From: Trypethelium eluteriae
Taxonomy: Eukaryota
Reading direction: 5' to 3'
Assembly: GCA_051942245.1 (NCBI GenBank)
Contig: JAVECL010000187.1
Location: 1 to 38,335 of the forward strand
Length of the DNA stretch: 38,335 nt
Numbering within the stretch: the first letter of the stretch is position 1; every line of letters begins with the position of its first letter. This document shows, piece after piece, positions 11,236 through 22,904 of the stretch. A program made the translations under genes and the position numbers. The notes under the pieces were generated by a model. The model was not told where the DNA came from. It did no database searches and saw only the letters and a list, made by a program, of their open reading frames with translations.

Positions 11236-14200
11236 ATGTCAGATCAAGAGGCAACCGCACTATCGGTAGTTTCCGATGAGAACGGCAGCCACGAAAACGA
11301 TGCAGAGTCAGTCGTCGCCGAGACTGGGAAGGACGAGGCTTCAGATAGAGAGGCTTTTGAGCCAGGGGGACTGGAAGGATTAAGTATTCTTTGGCAATCT
11401 TCGTCTAAAAGGCTTCCGGAATATCCATCCACATGGAATCATCCCGACCTTGAGTAAGACTGAGTAAAACTTCAGGAATCTCGAGAGACTGATGATCAAT
11501 GTTAGTGTCGTAGTTGTTCATGGACTATACGGCCGCTCAGACAATCACTTAGCCGCGTGGACGAATCCCGGATCCGGCAACAGTCGTTGGGTCGACGAAT
11601 ACATACGGACGCTGAACTCAGACTGTAGGCTTTTGTTATTTGGCTACGATGCAAATGGGCTTGTCTTTAGCCATCACTTTCGAGCAGCAATAAAGGAGCA
11701 AGCCGTTCGCTTGTTGAATGAGCTCGTCAACTTGCGAGAAAATGGATCTGTTGTTTGTAGATCAAATTTCCCGAAAAGAAGAAAAATCCGAATTGACTCG
11801 TCTACATAGAAGAGAACCCTCGTGTTCATTTCTCACGATATTGGAGGTACTATCGTCAAAGATGTCAGTCCCTGCCCGTATTTCTGTTCCGCTACGCAGC
11901 GCACTGAGTTCCGAGTATTAGGCTTTGGCTTCTGCCGCCTTGTATGGTGCATCATGGCAGGACATTTTTGACCACACTCGGAATTTAGTAATTATATGTC
12001 TATGATTGTGTATTCCGGCCAGTCTGAGCAGCAGCAGGTTTTTTGTGGTTGTCCTTCGAGGAGCTTCGACAGGCTCGATATGCGAAACAGGCTATCCCAG
12101 TTTCTGTTCGCAGTGTACGACCCATACACGATCCAAATTAGACCCACGACATCGATAATACAAGTGATAGCAGACGCGGTTATTGAGGTAAATGGACTCT
12201 TCGTTGAGTCCAAGGTCTACATACGCAGCTACTTGGTCAGTATTCATGCCAATGGGTTCAGGCGAGGAAAAATCAATCGTGTAAGGTGGTATTTGGAACT
12301 CTGAACTACTCTTGAAGATCAGTTACAAACAGGTTCAGGCTTTTGATAGCCACTCTGGCGTACTGGGGCTCCCTCTGGAGAGACAGATGGTGGAGGAACC
12401 GTCTAACGCACAAGAATCGAACCAATATCCTGGTCTTATCGACTATCTAGTGTCCTTGCAAGATCGTACGTCCTTGATTCAGCTCTTCTTCACTCAAATT
12501 TCCTATGCCTATGTAACATGCAAGCTTGATCTTGAAGTTATATAAATACATAAATGCTTGCAGAGAGGATACTATCTTGCATTAGTACGAATCTGATCGA
12601 ACTGGCCACAAATTTCATGCGTTTTTCGATCATGTTGTTTTCCGACCGATCTTGATTCAAAGCTAATTTTCTTATCTCTTTCCCAGATCTGAAAGTACCA
12701 GAGATCGATTTGGTCCGACGTGAACGAATACTTATATCCCTTGCTTCCACTATCGATCCATTCAGAAGGGCACAGCACGATGACGAGTGCAGTTGGATTA
12801 CAGAAATCGATATTTACAAGAGGTGGCTAACTTCCACAGGCTTCCAAATACTCCATGTACATGGCACGCATGGCGTCCATGAAACCAGCGAAGAGATATT
12901 CTACTCTCTCGACAATCATTTCAAGGCAAAAGCTAGTGACCGCCACTTGGTTCTTTATTTCTCATTCGACCGCTGGGACAGATGTCGCAACTCTATCAAA
13001 CACATGCTAGCAACCTTTTTAGCCCAGATTGTTTGTCATCACACAAAGAACATGGAGATTTGATTTGATATACTATTTGAACAGCTCCACCGAGACCGCA
13101 GCGGGAGTGATTTAGACTTGTTACAGTGGTTCGAGCTTTTCCGCTTAGACGGCGCCGTCGATAACGTTTCGTGCGTCGTCAACTACATTGACGAGTGTAC
13201 AGAGACCTCTCAGAAGGGTTTCATTGAACTGCTCTCGAGATATGCGTATGGAAGCGAAGCTACGTGGAAGATAGCCATAACGAGTCGTCAGAATCGAGCT
13301 CTTGTAGGCTCACTAGATGATTCTCCGTCTATCCACCTAGATGTTGCAGTGCGAGACCGGCCTCAAAATTTTGAAGAAGTTGCTCGACGCATTTCTGACC
13401 TTCGGTCTGATGTTTCATCCTGCATCAATTTATCTCGGAAAGACTCAGATGGTTTCGGTGGTATTGACTCAGTGGTACATCATGTGCTTTATGAGCAAGC
13501 GAAATCGCACGGCACTTGGCCAGCGAAAAGCCTGAATGCCGCACTTTCCGCCCAATTCAACAGCCGTTCGACGGAATGCAGAGATTACGGCTTTCTTGAA
13601 TTGATCCTTGATAATGTGCTACGAGATATACCAGATCAAAATTTAGTCCGACGCATATTAACATGCACGAATTATAGCACAAGACCGCTCACAGTTTGGG
13701 AAATGGTCACTGCATTGTCTGCTGAACCAGATCAGGGACGAAATGAGGAAGCTTTTCCTGTTTCGGCTGAATCACAAAGTCTCATAACATTTTGCGAGCG
13801 ATGGTTTGCTGGCATTATAGAGGTTCGGCAAAATGAGGTCAGAGTGTGCCATCCCCACATAAGAGATATCTTCATGACGGAGAAAGCAGCAGGAGGGAGT
13901 GAACGTCTCTGGCATGGAATACGAAGAACAGCACAATTTGAGATCATTACCACCTGCTTCCACTACCTATCTCGACCTGATGTCCAACGGATGATCGAGC
14001 AGTATTCTCAAGCGACCGACTCTAATGCAATTGAAGCTTCATGCTTCCCAAAAAGAGATAATTTCTGCTCCTACGCAATTCAAAGCTTACCCTACCATTA
14101 TTCGCTGACATGCTCTTGGCCAAATTCACGGGATTTGTTCAAGAATTTTATGCAATCAGCAATTGGATCTTGTTGGGTCAAAGGTTACTGGACCTTATCT

Positions 14201-17200
14201 AATCCAGTTACGAGGCCTCAAAGGTGCTTCAAATCCCCATACCCGATCTTCATCGGGTTAGGAGTGCCGAACGAGGTCAGACTCGAAAGCGGTGAGGACT
14301 TGGTATTTGAAGACCTAGCTATGGGCCTGGTTGAAGCAGCCAAGCATGCCAGAGTTGGTGTCGTAGAATACCTCCTCAAGCAAGAGAAGTACTCCCAAGG
14401 CGACGTTCTTGACGCGCTCGCCGCCGCTGGATCTAGTGGAGACGAGCAGATCATGCTTGGCATCACCAACCATATCGTAGCCATGAAGGAAACTGGAACA
14501 ATCAACTGGCCGCCAGCTCTTCTATATAGAGCAGCATGGCTGGGTCTCCACCGATTTGCCGAAAAATTGTTGGAGTTGGGCTGCGTTCCTGAGCCTGACT
14601 TCTCACAGAAAGGAAAATTCCTTTTACCGCCACTCTTCCTTGCCGTGGAACAGGAGCACATATCCACAGCTCACGTTTTATTGAAGCACAACGCCGACAC
14701 AAGGAGCAGCGGCGGCTCCGGGAATTCAGTGCTACATTACTCAGCCACAACGTGTGATGCTAACATTATAAAACTCTTATTGCAAGAAGGCAATACAAAT
14801 CTCGAAGCAAAGAACAAGAACGGTAAGACGGCACTCTACTTGGCATGCGTCAATGGGTATCATGAAACGACAAAGGCTCTCCTAAGCCTCAATGCTGATC
14901 CAGATATGGACCTTGTAGAGAGATCGAATGAGGCAGGCTGGACGCCTCTGGTTGCAGCAGCCGATTCCGGGTACGTGAAGTGCGTGCGGGCGTTGCTTGA
15001 AAAAGGTGCCAATCCGAATATCCAAGGCCCCAGCGGCATCGACACGCCTCTGAGATATGCAGCCTTTAGGGGCTACTCGGACATCTGTCACCTCCTTCTT
15101 GAAAGTGGTGCGGACCCAAATAGTCCTCCGATTCAACCGCCAATTATAGTCGAGCTCGCGACCTTCGAATGCAGCCTTTCGGCTTCTGAAAGGGCGGAAA
15201 TGATCACGCTACTAACGCAGAGTGGAGCCTTGGTGGATTCAAAGGATGGCCACGGAGAAACAGCGCTGCATTCTGCAGTGAGGAATGGCAATGACCTACT
15301 CGTGAAGTGTCTCGTAGAGAACGGTGCCGATGTGAATTGTTCCACCCACAGAGGCTGGACGCCACTTTGTCTTGCAGTTGATAACAGAAATGAAGACTTA
15401 GTCGAGCTCCTTCTCTCAAGAGGCGCAGAAGTTAATTGCGAGGCCTCTTCGGATTACACTCTCTTTATTGCTGCCCAGGACGACAGCAGCATTCTGCGAT
15501 TGTTACTGGAAAAGGGCGCTGACCCAGACACGTGCACCAATGCAGGACTAACACCACTCATGAGCGCGGCACGGAACAGTTGTGTCCACGCCGTGAGGAT
15601 GCTCTTGGAACATAATGCTACCCTGGACCTAGAGGTTTCCAGGAATGATCAGGATAACCCGGGATGGACAGCTATGTCATTTGCCGTAGAATCTGGGCAT
15701 GTAGACATTGTGCGGCTACTTGGAGACGCGGGAGCCAATCTAAACCATCGGACTGGAGAAGGTCTTCATCCAATTCATCAAGCCCGGGAAGGTGAGACTC
15801 TTCGTGCTTTGCTGGAATACCGGAAGAGGATCGATACTAATCAGGTTACTCCTGAGGGTGAGACAGCGCTGTGTCGGATGATCCAACTTAATAGACCGAT
15901 CGAAACTGTCAAGCTCCTCGTCAACGCTGGCGCTAATCTGAACATACAGGACTGTCATGGCGACACAGCCCTCTCAGAGGCGGCTTGGAAGAACAATCAG
16001 CAGGTAGTATCGTTGCTTCTCAGAGAAGACGATCTGGATATCAACCTTGGCTCTCAGCAATTCGGTTCCGCACTACATCAAGCGTGCATGGGGTTTCACA
16101 CCGAAGTGGTAAAACTATTGGTCGAAAACGGCGCCGACGTTAACTATTTGGCTACTGGAGTTGGAGGCACACCTTTACAAGTTGCGTCTTGGTATCTTTT
16201 CAGAGATGAGGGTTGCTCGTACGATATAATAGAGTATCTCATTGGGAAAGGAGCCTACATGAATAGCAAGCGCGGGAAGCTCAGCAGTCCAATCAACTAT
16301 GTTGCTCTTAGCGGAACTACGAAGCTTGTCAACCTGCTGTGAGATAAAGGGGCATCGATTGACGTAGGAGACTCCATGGGCCGCCTACCGATACATTTCG
16401 CTGCATGCCAATATATCGATAATTTCAAGATAATTGTCGAGACCGGAGGGGACTTGACAGCCCGTGACAGAATGCAGCGCACTGCATTGCATTGGGCCGC
16501 CCAGCATGGAAGCTTGCGCGTTGTTCAACACATTCTGTGGGCCCTAGGGTCCAAGGCTGTTGACGAAGGGGATATTGGCGGTTGGACACCACTCTGCTGG
16601 GCAGCACGAGGGACAAACGACTCGACTGCAGGGATAATACCAAAGGCAGAGGCTGAGCAGGAACAAGTCATCCGGCTCCTTCTCAATTATGGCGCAGACT
16701 GTTCCGTGCAAGGCTCGATTGGAGAGGAGAGATGGTCACCTAGGAGGATTTCCCAGTACAGCGGAGCGAATGCGGAAATCATCGGTCTATTAAGAGGTGG
16801 CCCTGGAGGGAAAGGTTCCAATGACACCATAGATGCCGCTATTTATGACCTTAACGAGCACGCAAAAGCAGCGCACGCCCACGCATGGTATTGTGAATCA
16901 TGTCTATGGGTAAGTACCCCTGATCATCTCCCTTTGCTAGAAGTTCCGGTGACCAATCTCTTGGTGGGAGCAACAACTTATGTGATACCTTTTGCAGATG
17001 ATACGTGGGTTCTTGTATCGTTGTACAATCTGTGACAACTTCGGCCTGTGTAATAAGTGCTTTGCCCGTCGCGAGGGTTTACGTGCAGATCATCCTGATC
17101 ATAGCTTCGACAAGATCGGGCCAGAGTTTGATCCAGAAGAACCGGCGGATGATATTGTTGGGTCAGGTGATGGCAACACAACTGAATCTGATGATTCGGA

Positions 17201-17234
17201 CTCTAGTTCTGAATCAGAGACGAGTGATTCGTAG
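11236..17234 (+). pseudogene. NLR-like gene: alpha/beta-hydrolase-like (SesB/PGAP1-type) N-terminus - degenerate NACHT - about 20 ankyrin repeats - ZZ zinc finger; two in-frame TGA stops
   Basis: Exons about 11236-11453, 11506-11752, 11810-11863, 11922-11987, 12038-12280, 12339-12465, 12687-16909, 16998-17234, all GT-AG. Motifs: DVVVVHGLYG, LLLFGYDA, VFISHDIGGTIVKDAL; NACHT-like VLYFSFDRWD, ATFLAQI, VVNYIDEC, KIAITSR, RPLTVWEM, EVRVCHP; many GxTPLxxA..LLxxGA repeats; WYCESCLW/MIRGFLYRCTICDNFGLCNKC..H..H. TGA at 13061-13063 and 16340-16342, with the same frame continuing after each. Confidence 0.85.
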
Positions 17235-18246
17235 TGCAAATGACAGTAACAGAAGCAGAGCGATCAGTTCACCACCGACCGCTCCAAGCTGATTTTTAAC
17301 ATCTGGCATGTTTCTTCCTCAATCTACAGTACTAGGACAAAGGTGTCCGGGCAAACCCCTGCGATTTTCCCACGCCAGCGAGCGGACACTTTTTCGTAGG
17401 ACTGTGATAAACGGAATTCTTTCAAACGACATCGGCGTGTTAGTGAGACTGCGGCAATCTTCAGGACGCAAACCGTAACCCTACAATAATAGAGGGAATA
17501 CCAAATCTGGCGGTCCAGAACATGTTGTACCATCACAAGCCGCACGTGCTCCACCAAGGCAACAGGAACTTGAGTCCAATTGAAGGAGGCTTCTGCTCGC
17601 GTCACCGCTGGCAGCTGATGAAACGTTGCTACTACCTCGACTGCGAGTAATCACGTAATCATTGCCGAAGCTCGCCCCTGGTGTGCCTCCGTGTTTGACA
17701 CAGACCATACGATACCGCCCCAAAATATCTCATCTCAACCGATTGGGTGTTTCAATATTCGCTCGTTTGGCCATCCGATGTGCAGGTTTCGTGCAGCCCT
17801 TTAACAGTAGTTGTTGTACATATATTGAATCTGCTTTTGATCCACTTCTTCGCTGTGCAGGAGATGCAGGAGCGTGAGGAGGTGGTTGCTGCTGCACCTA
17901 AATTGCCTTCGCCGCGCATAACCGATTTTGCTCATCAGAAAGAGCGTACCTATAGCCAATCCCCAAGAGGCGCAACGCATGTCTCCACCTCACTCTTACC
18001 GTAACGCGCTCGTGGAGACGGTACTTGGGACGTAGTACTTAATAAGGTTATCCCTTGGTCTTCGCTGCATCACGATAAACTGACGAGTTGTTGTAAACAA
18101 GGGCAACCCCTAGTTCGCTAATCATGCAAGAGACGCTAAATTCAGGGCGACACAAAGGCGCAGCAAGAAAGACACCGCAAAACTATATCGACAGCTGCCC
18201 AAACAAGTCGCAAATTATCCAGATAAGCTACCCCTGAAGGCGCCCC

Positions 18247-21136
18247 TCAATACTCTGACAATCCAGGCCGCTGCCCCCCTGGAAACTCTCCCGGGACATG
18301 CAGGTCGCTAATCGTGGTGTCCGTATTATGCCTCAACACCTTCGGAAAGATCTGCCCCGTTCTCTGCGCATGTTCAGCGTGGCCATCCAATGCACCACCC
18401 GTTCTCCACGTCGTACTGTCTCCCAAGCTGGACGGAGAGGATGGCATCTCCTGGGGCAAGGCCCTCAAGTCTGAATGATGCTGCTCTACCGCTGAGGTCC
18501 CGCCCACGACCGCCATCCCGCCCGCCGTCCCGGAGATTCCACCGGAGCCCCCAGCAGTATCGAGGTCTGGGAGGGGGTCTCTATCGCGCAGCTGATCCAG
18601 ACTGCGCTTGGTCGATTTCGGTGGGATGGGGATGGTGTTTACCGAGTCCGTGGTGTTTTCCTGCTCCACGTTGAGGTAAGGATGCTGCCGCTGCTGCGGC
18701 TTCTGTTCCTCCTGCTGTTCCTCCTGCTGGTGCTGTTCCTGCTCAAAATGCTGCTGTTGTGGTGCCTCGGAACTCAGGGCGCTACCAGTTGCTGCGGCGG
18801 CACCTCCTGCAGCTACGGGAGCCATCCAGTCACCGTAAAGAGAGTTATGCCTGACAGGGCCGGGGGGAGGAGAGATGCCACTGCCAGGCCTACTGCCTAA
18901 AAAAGACTTGTCGGGCTGGGATCGTGCTTGGCTTTGAGGTGGTACCGTCGGTTGCATGTTGGCAGTCGAGGTATCCTGCGGTGGGATTGTGTAGGTCTGT
19001 GTTGACTGCGGCCCTGTAACTGTAGATTGCGCACTCGCGACATGCGGCTCACGACTTCCTGTCGGCAGCGTCGGGCTGATTTCGTAGGGATTGACTTCGC
19101 GGTTCTTGTCCTGGAGCCCTCGACGAGGATCATCCGGACCATGTCTGAGAATGGTGCCGCCGGGTGTGATGCCAGCGGCTTCTATGAGGTCATGTTCATT
19201 GTCGGAGGATGCGCTAGAAGGTGGAGCCGGAGATTGTAAGTTTGGATTCACCTGGAGATCGGAGGGAAAGCGCCCACCTGGTTGAGGGCGTTGTGGAGTT
19301 GGCTGCTCCAGCGGTGGCGCTGCATTTATCGCTGAAGCATTGGCCGAGTATGGCACCGCGTCCGCCTCGTCCTCTTCAAGTCCGTCGCTGCTCACGGACA
19401 TAGCTTTTTGACTGCCAGCGCTGAGGCTGCGGGCGTGTCTTCTTACGAAGGCATTGCGCTCCTCACCCGTCTTTTCCGTCAAATTTTTGATATCATCGTA
19501 CCATGCTAACATAGTATCGAACGATTCAGCGCGGAAGACCCATGAATGACCACGATGCATAGTGCCTGTTTGACGGCCTTTGAGCATAAACTTGTGGGAG
19601 GAAGAACCTTCCTGAGAACGAGATCCAAGCTTTTGATCGGGCAAATACAAGGACATGACTGGTGGTTGAGAGTAGATACGATCGGCAGACTTGAATTCGT
19701 GCAGGTGTGTCGGCGAAAGGACGTACCTTTAACAGATCAGATACCAGTAGAAAAGGTAAAGAGAAGAGTGCTTACCATCCAGGAGTGTAGCTCTTGAGGT
19801 ATTTACTTTTTCGCTCAAGCATCCCAGCCCTAACTTCAGCAGCTGCGGGATGATTCTTCCCGGGATATTCGATGTCCTCAATGCGTCTGAGCGGTAGCCT
19901 TGGATTCACAAAGTGTGGATCATTCTCAACGAAATGAGACCATTCGTAGTCCTTGGGCATGCCAATGGATCCGTTTCGCAAGGCGTCAATTGTCTCATAG
20001 GCATCATCAGCTTCTCTCTTAAGGATGCCAGTGTACGCATTATATGCTTTTTGAATCTCTCCAATGACAATGGATTCGAGCTCACGTCCGGATCCTTCAA
20101 GGTTCAGATATGCCTACGGTCGCATTGTTAGCTCACGTCCATGAAGCCGATAATCTTGCTTACCCGATGTAAATAATTTTCTTCGTCAATTTGTTTCTCA
20201 ACCTGGCGATCCACTCCAAGTCGGACCACATAAGGATCGCCCTTGCCAGCTGTCGCAGACGGATCCTGATCCGCACTCGCGAGTGCGTCCTCCAACGCAT
20301 TAACTGCCTTCCGAGTGCCATCTTTCTCCTTCTCGACGGAGTTCTTGAAATCCCCAGATAGTGATTTGATCTCTTTTATTTTCTGATTCAAGTCACTCCT
20401 AAGCCCGCTCAATTGTGTAATCACGTCGTTTTCAATGTCCTTAGCCTTATTTGCCTCTACAACTGCATGCTTGTGATGATCTCGCAGGATTCGCATCGCA
20501 TCATTCAGACCGCCATCGGTCATGAATAATGAAGGAGCATTCGTGTTGTTGATCACATTCGAGACCTTAAGCAAGGCTTTGGATCGCTGTTCGTAAGACG
20601 TTTGAATTTCTCGAAAGTAGGTGATGAGGTCTTTTAGCATTTTTCGCCAAGCTAAGGTAGTGGTCCGTAAGCATTCTATTCCACATATGAGATAACAACT
20701 GACCTTGGAAGCGATTCGCCAGAATATCCGTTGGTGTGCCTGAGGTGGGTATAGGAGTGTGGAAAACGCTGTTGAAATCGTTGTCGCCCGCGCTATCGCC
20801 AAAGCCTTTGATGCTGCCAGCCTTCAGACTTCTCCTACTACCGCTTCTTTTTATGCTTGAGCTTCTCTTGACCGAATTTTTCTTCTTGAGAGTCCCGCTT
20901 CGTGAGGGAGTTCCCATGTTCGATGCTCTAGATGCGGAGCGCTGGACTCCTGTTGCATCCTCGCCTGCCAGAATCGAGCTTTCTCGTTGACCGGTGCCAT
21001 AGTCTTGACCGACACCACCGCTCATGTACGCGGAGTCGGCATTTGAGCCTGATCCATATCCTTTGCTAAGATGACCTTCATGAGGCTGTGGCACTGAACC
21101 GTACGCGTTCGCCGGTGTCTGCGGTCTCGAAGACAT
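18247..21136 (-). CDS. SLM1: Slm1/Slm2-like BAR + PH domain phosphoinositide-binding protein; 4 exons
   Basis: Exons 21136-20704, 20651-20164, 20113-19776, 19726-18247. Motifs: PTDILANRFQ/AWRKMLKDLITYFREI, QIDEENYLHR/AYLNLEGSG, GMLERKSKYLKSYTPGW/YVLSPTHLHEFKS, WVFRAESFDTMLAWYDDIK. Long disordered Q/P-rich tail. Confidence 0.85.
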
Positions 21137-22811
21137 TTTCGCCAAGACAAACTTTCAATGTCAGGTTCTAGAGACCTTCGGGTTGCAAGGCGCCCTGTAG
21201 TGTCGGGATGTACAGAGTACGTAGAAGCGAAAGGGTTTCAGAAGTTGGAAGGCCCCAGAGGTCGTAAGGGTAGTAAGGTTTGCTTCAGAATGACGTCGCA
21301 AGCGAACACAAAAGCTTCGGGAGGACCGCGTAGGATGACAAGCCACAGCGACCGGGGCAGACGTGCTTGGTGTGAGGCTGGGATGCTATCCAGGCGAGCG
21401 GATTGGCTTGGCGACAAGTCCAATGTGCAAAGAAGCTAGAAACGGGTCCACAAGAGGGCTAGACGAGCCCAGAATGAGGAGGTCGCAGCTTTAGTCCGGT
21501 GATGGTATCGACGTCATTTCCCGACTTCGACTAAGAATCCGGAGTATCGCATCGAGGACCACCCCATCACCCCATCACCATTGCCACTCTCATTGGTCCC
21601 ATTCAGCTGCATCTGTACTTCCGCCATCTCCCGCTTGGCCCAGACATAACATCTGTGATGCAAAAGTATCATGCACTAAGCTATCGCGAGGACATTGTGT
21701 GACCTTCGACGCTATCTCTCTAAGATCAGCGGCGTATTCTTCCGGACCTGGCTAACGTCTGAATCTACCAAGCTTGCAAAACCTAAAAACGTAAATATCA
21801 TTCCCGACTTCCTGGGAAAAAGGTATGGAAAGTTTCCGCACGGAATCTGGGATGAAGACCTTTCTCTTCGCCACTCTGTCATACTTCTCCAATCTTAAAT
21901 CTTGTTTGAACTGTGCTTCCAAAAGTCCCTTACTTCGCGCTCTCCTCTTACTGTAAAGTTTGCGCAGTCACACGTTCTGCTCTGCGTTCTTTCGTCTTGC
22001 AAATCTCTTCACGATCTAAACGTTAGACGATGGCACGGAGCTGATATGTATCGTTACGCGATCAGACAAGAGTGTGCGAGAATGGCCGCTGTGGCATTGG
22101 ACCATTCGAAACTGCAGTTAGTTAGGAACCCAGGTCTTGGTCTTGGGCTGAGCTCTTGTGCGCGAACTAATCCTACGTTATGCTAAGGTATTCGTATCTT
22201 TCCACTTCGTGAGTCACGGTGCTCGCGTATATTTTATACCCAAGAGTATCAAAGTTGAGCTCAGTGTACAGTGCAAAATCTGCTTTGCCCTACCCTTCTT
22301 CTGTTCCTTACTCAACTGACTGGCCTAGTGCCCTAGTGGCCTTCATGGAAACCGATACTGGCGGCAAACAAATGGCCATGGATACTCTGATTGTCACCGT
22401 ACCTGTCCCCGCCGTTCAGTCAGACGACGACATTATATCGGCAACACCGCTAGACCCACTTGACTAGCTTCCCTTCAAGCATTAATCCTGCAGGGTGATC
22501 GACCTGTAGACGCGCCGAACTACTTTCGCCGAGATCTGTGTTCAGCATTCGTGGCTGCGCATTCGCCTACACACTACTCATGGGAGGAATGATATCCGTC
22601 CTGGTAGCGACGAGCTGGGCTCACACGTCGTTATGATCGCTTGATCAGTTTGCTGGGATACGGAGTAAGACAATGAACATCAATAAGATGTTTCCGCTCG
22701 GCTCGGGATGTATTTGTCATAATGGTGCTACCGGAGGAAGCAAAATTGCGATACTTCAGTGTTACTCCTGCGTGCCTGTACAAGCGTCGGAGTGATATCG
22801 CAATCTACTTT

Positions 22812-22904
22812 CCTTACCGCGGTCGGGCGGTTCCTCAACCGGTAATCAATACAATGTTACCTTAATTCTACTGTTATGACCATTTTGGCCCATGTTAAGG
22901 CGGC
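22812..22904. mobile_element. Orphan half copy (one arm) of the hairpin MITE at 25771-25951
   Basis: Begins CCTTACCGCGG. Aligns without gaps to the reverse complement of 25861-25951 (75/91 identical by my count) and to 25771-25861 (71/91). Similarity ends at the hairpin apex. Confidence 0.8.

Noticed and set aside
14300..16800. High-internal-conservation (HET-E-like hypervariable) repeat array
   Set aside because: The ankyrin repeats are divergent from each other, with no near-identical DNA units.
11236..17234. RIP as the cause of NLR inactivation
   Set aside because: The sequence is not AT/TpA-enriched, CpA sites are plentiful and only two stops occur.
5800..18200. Starship or other large mobile element carrying the immune cluster
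   Set aside because: No tyrosine-recombinase captain, transposase or convincing boundary repeats seen; the accessory status is only inferred from gene content.
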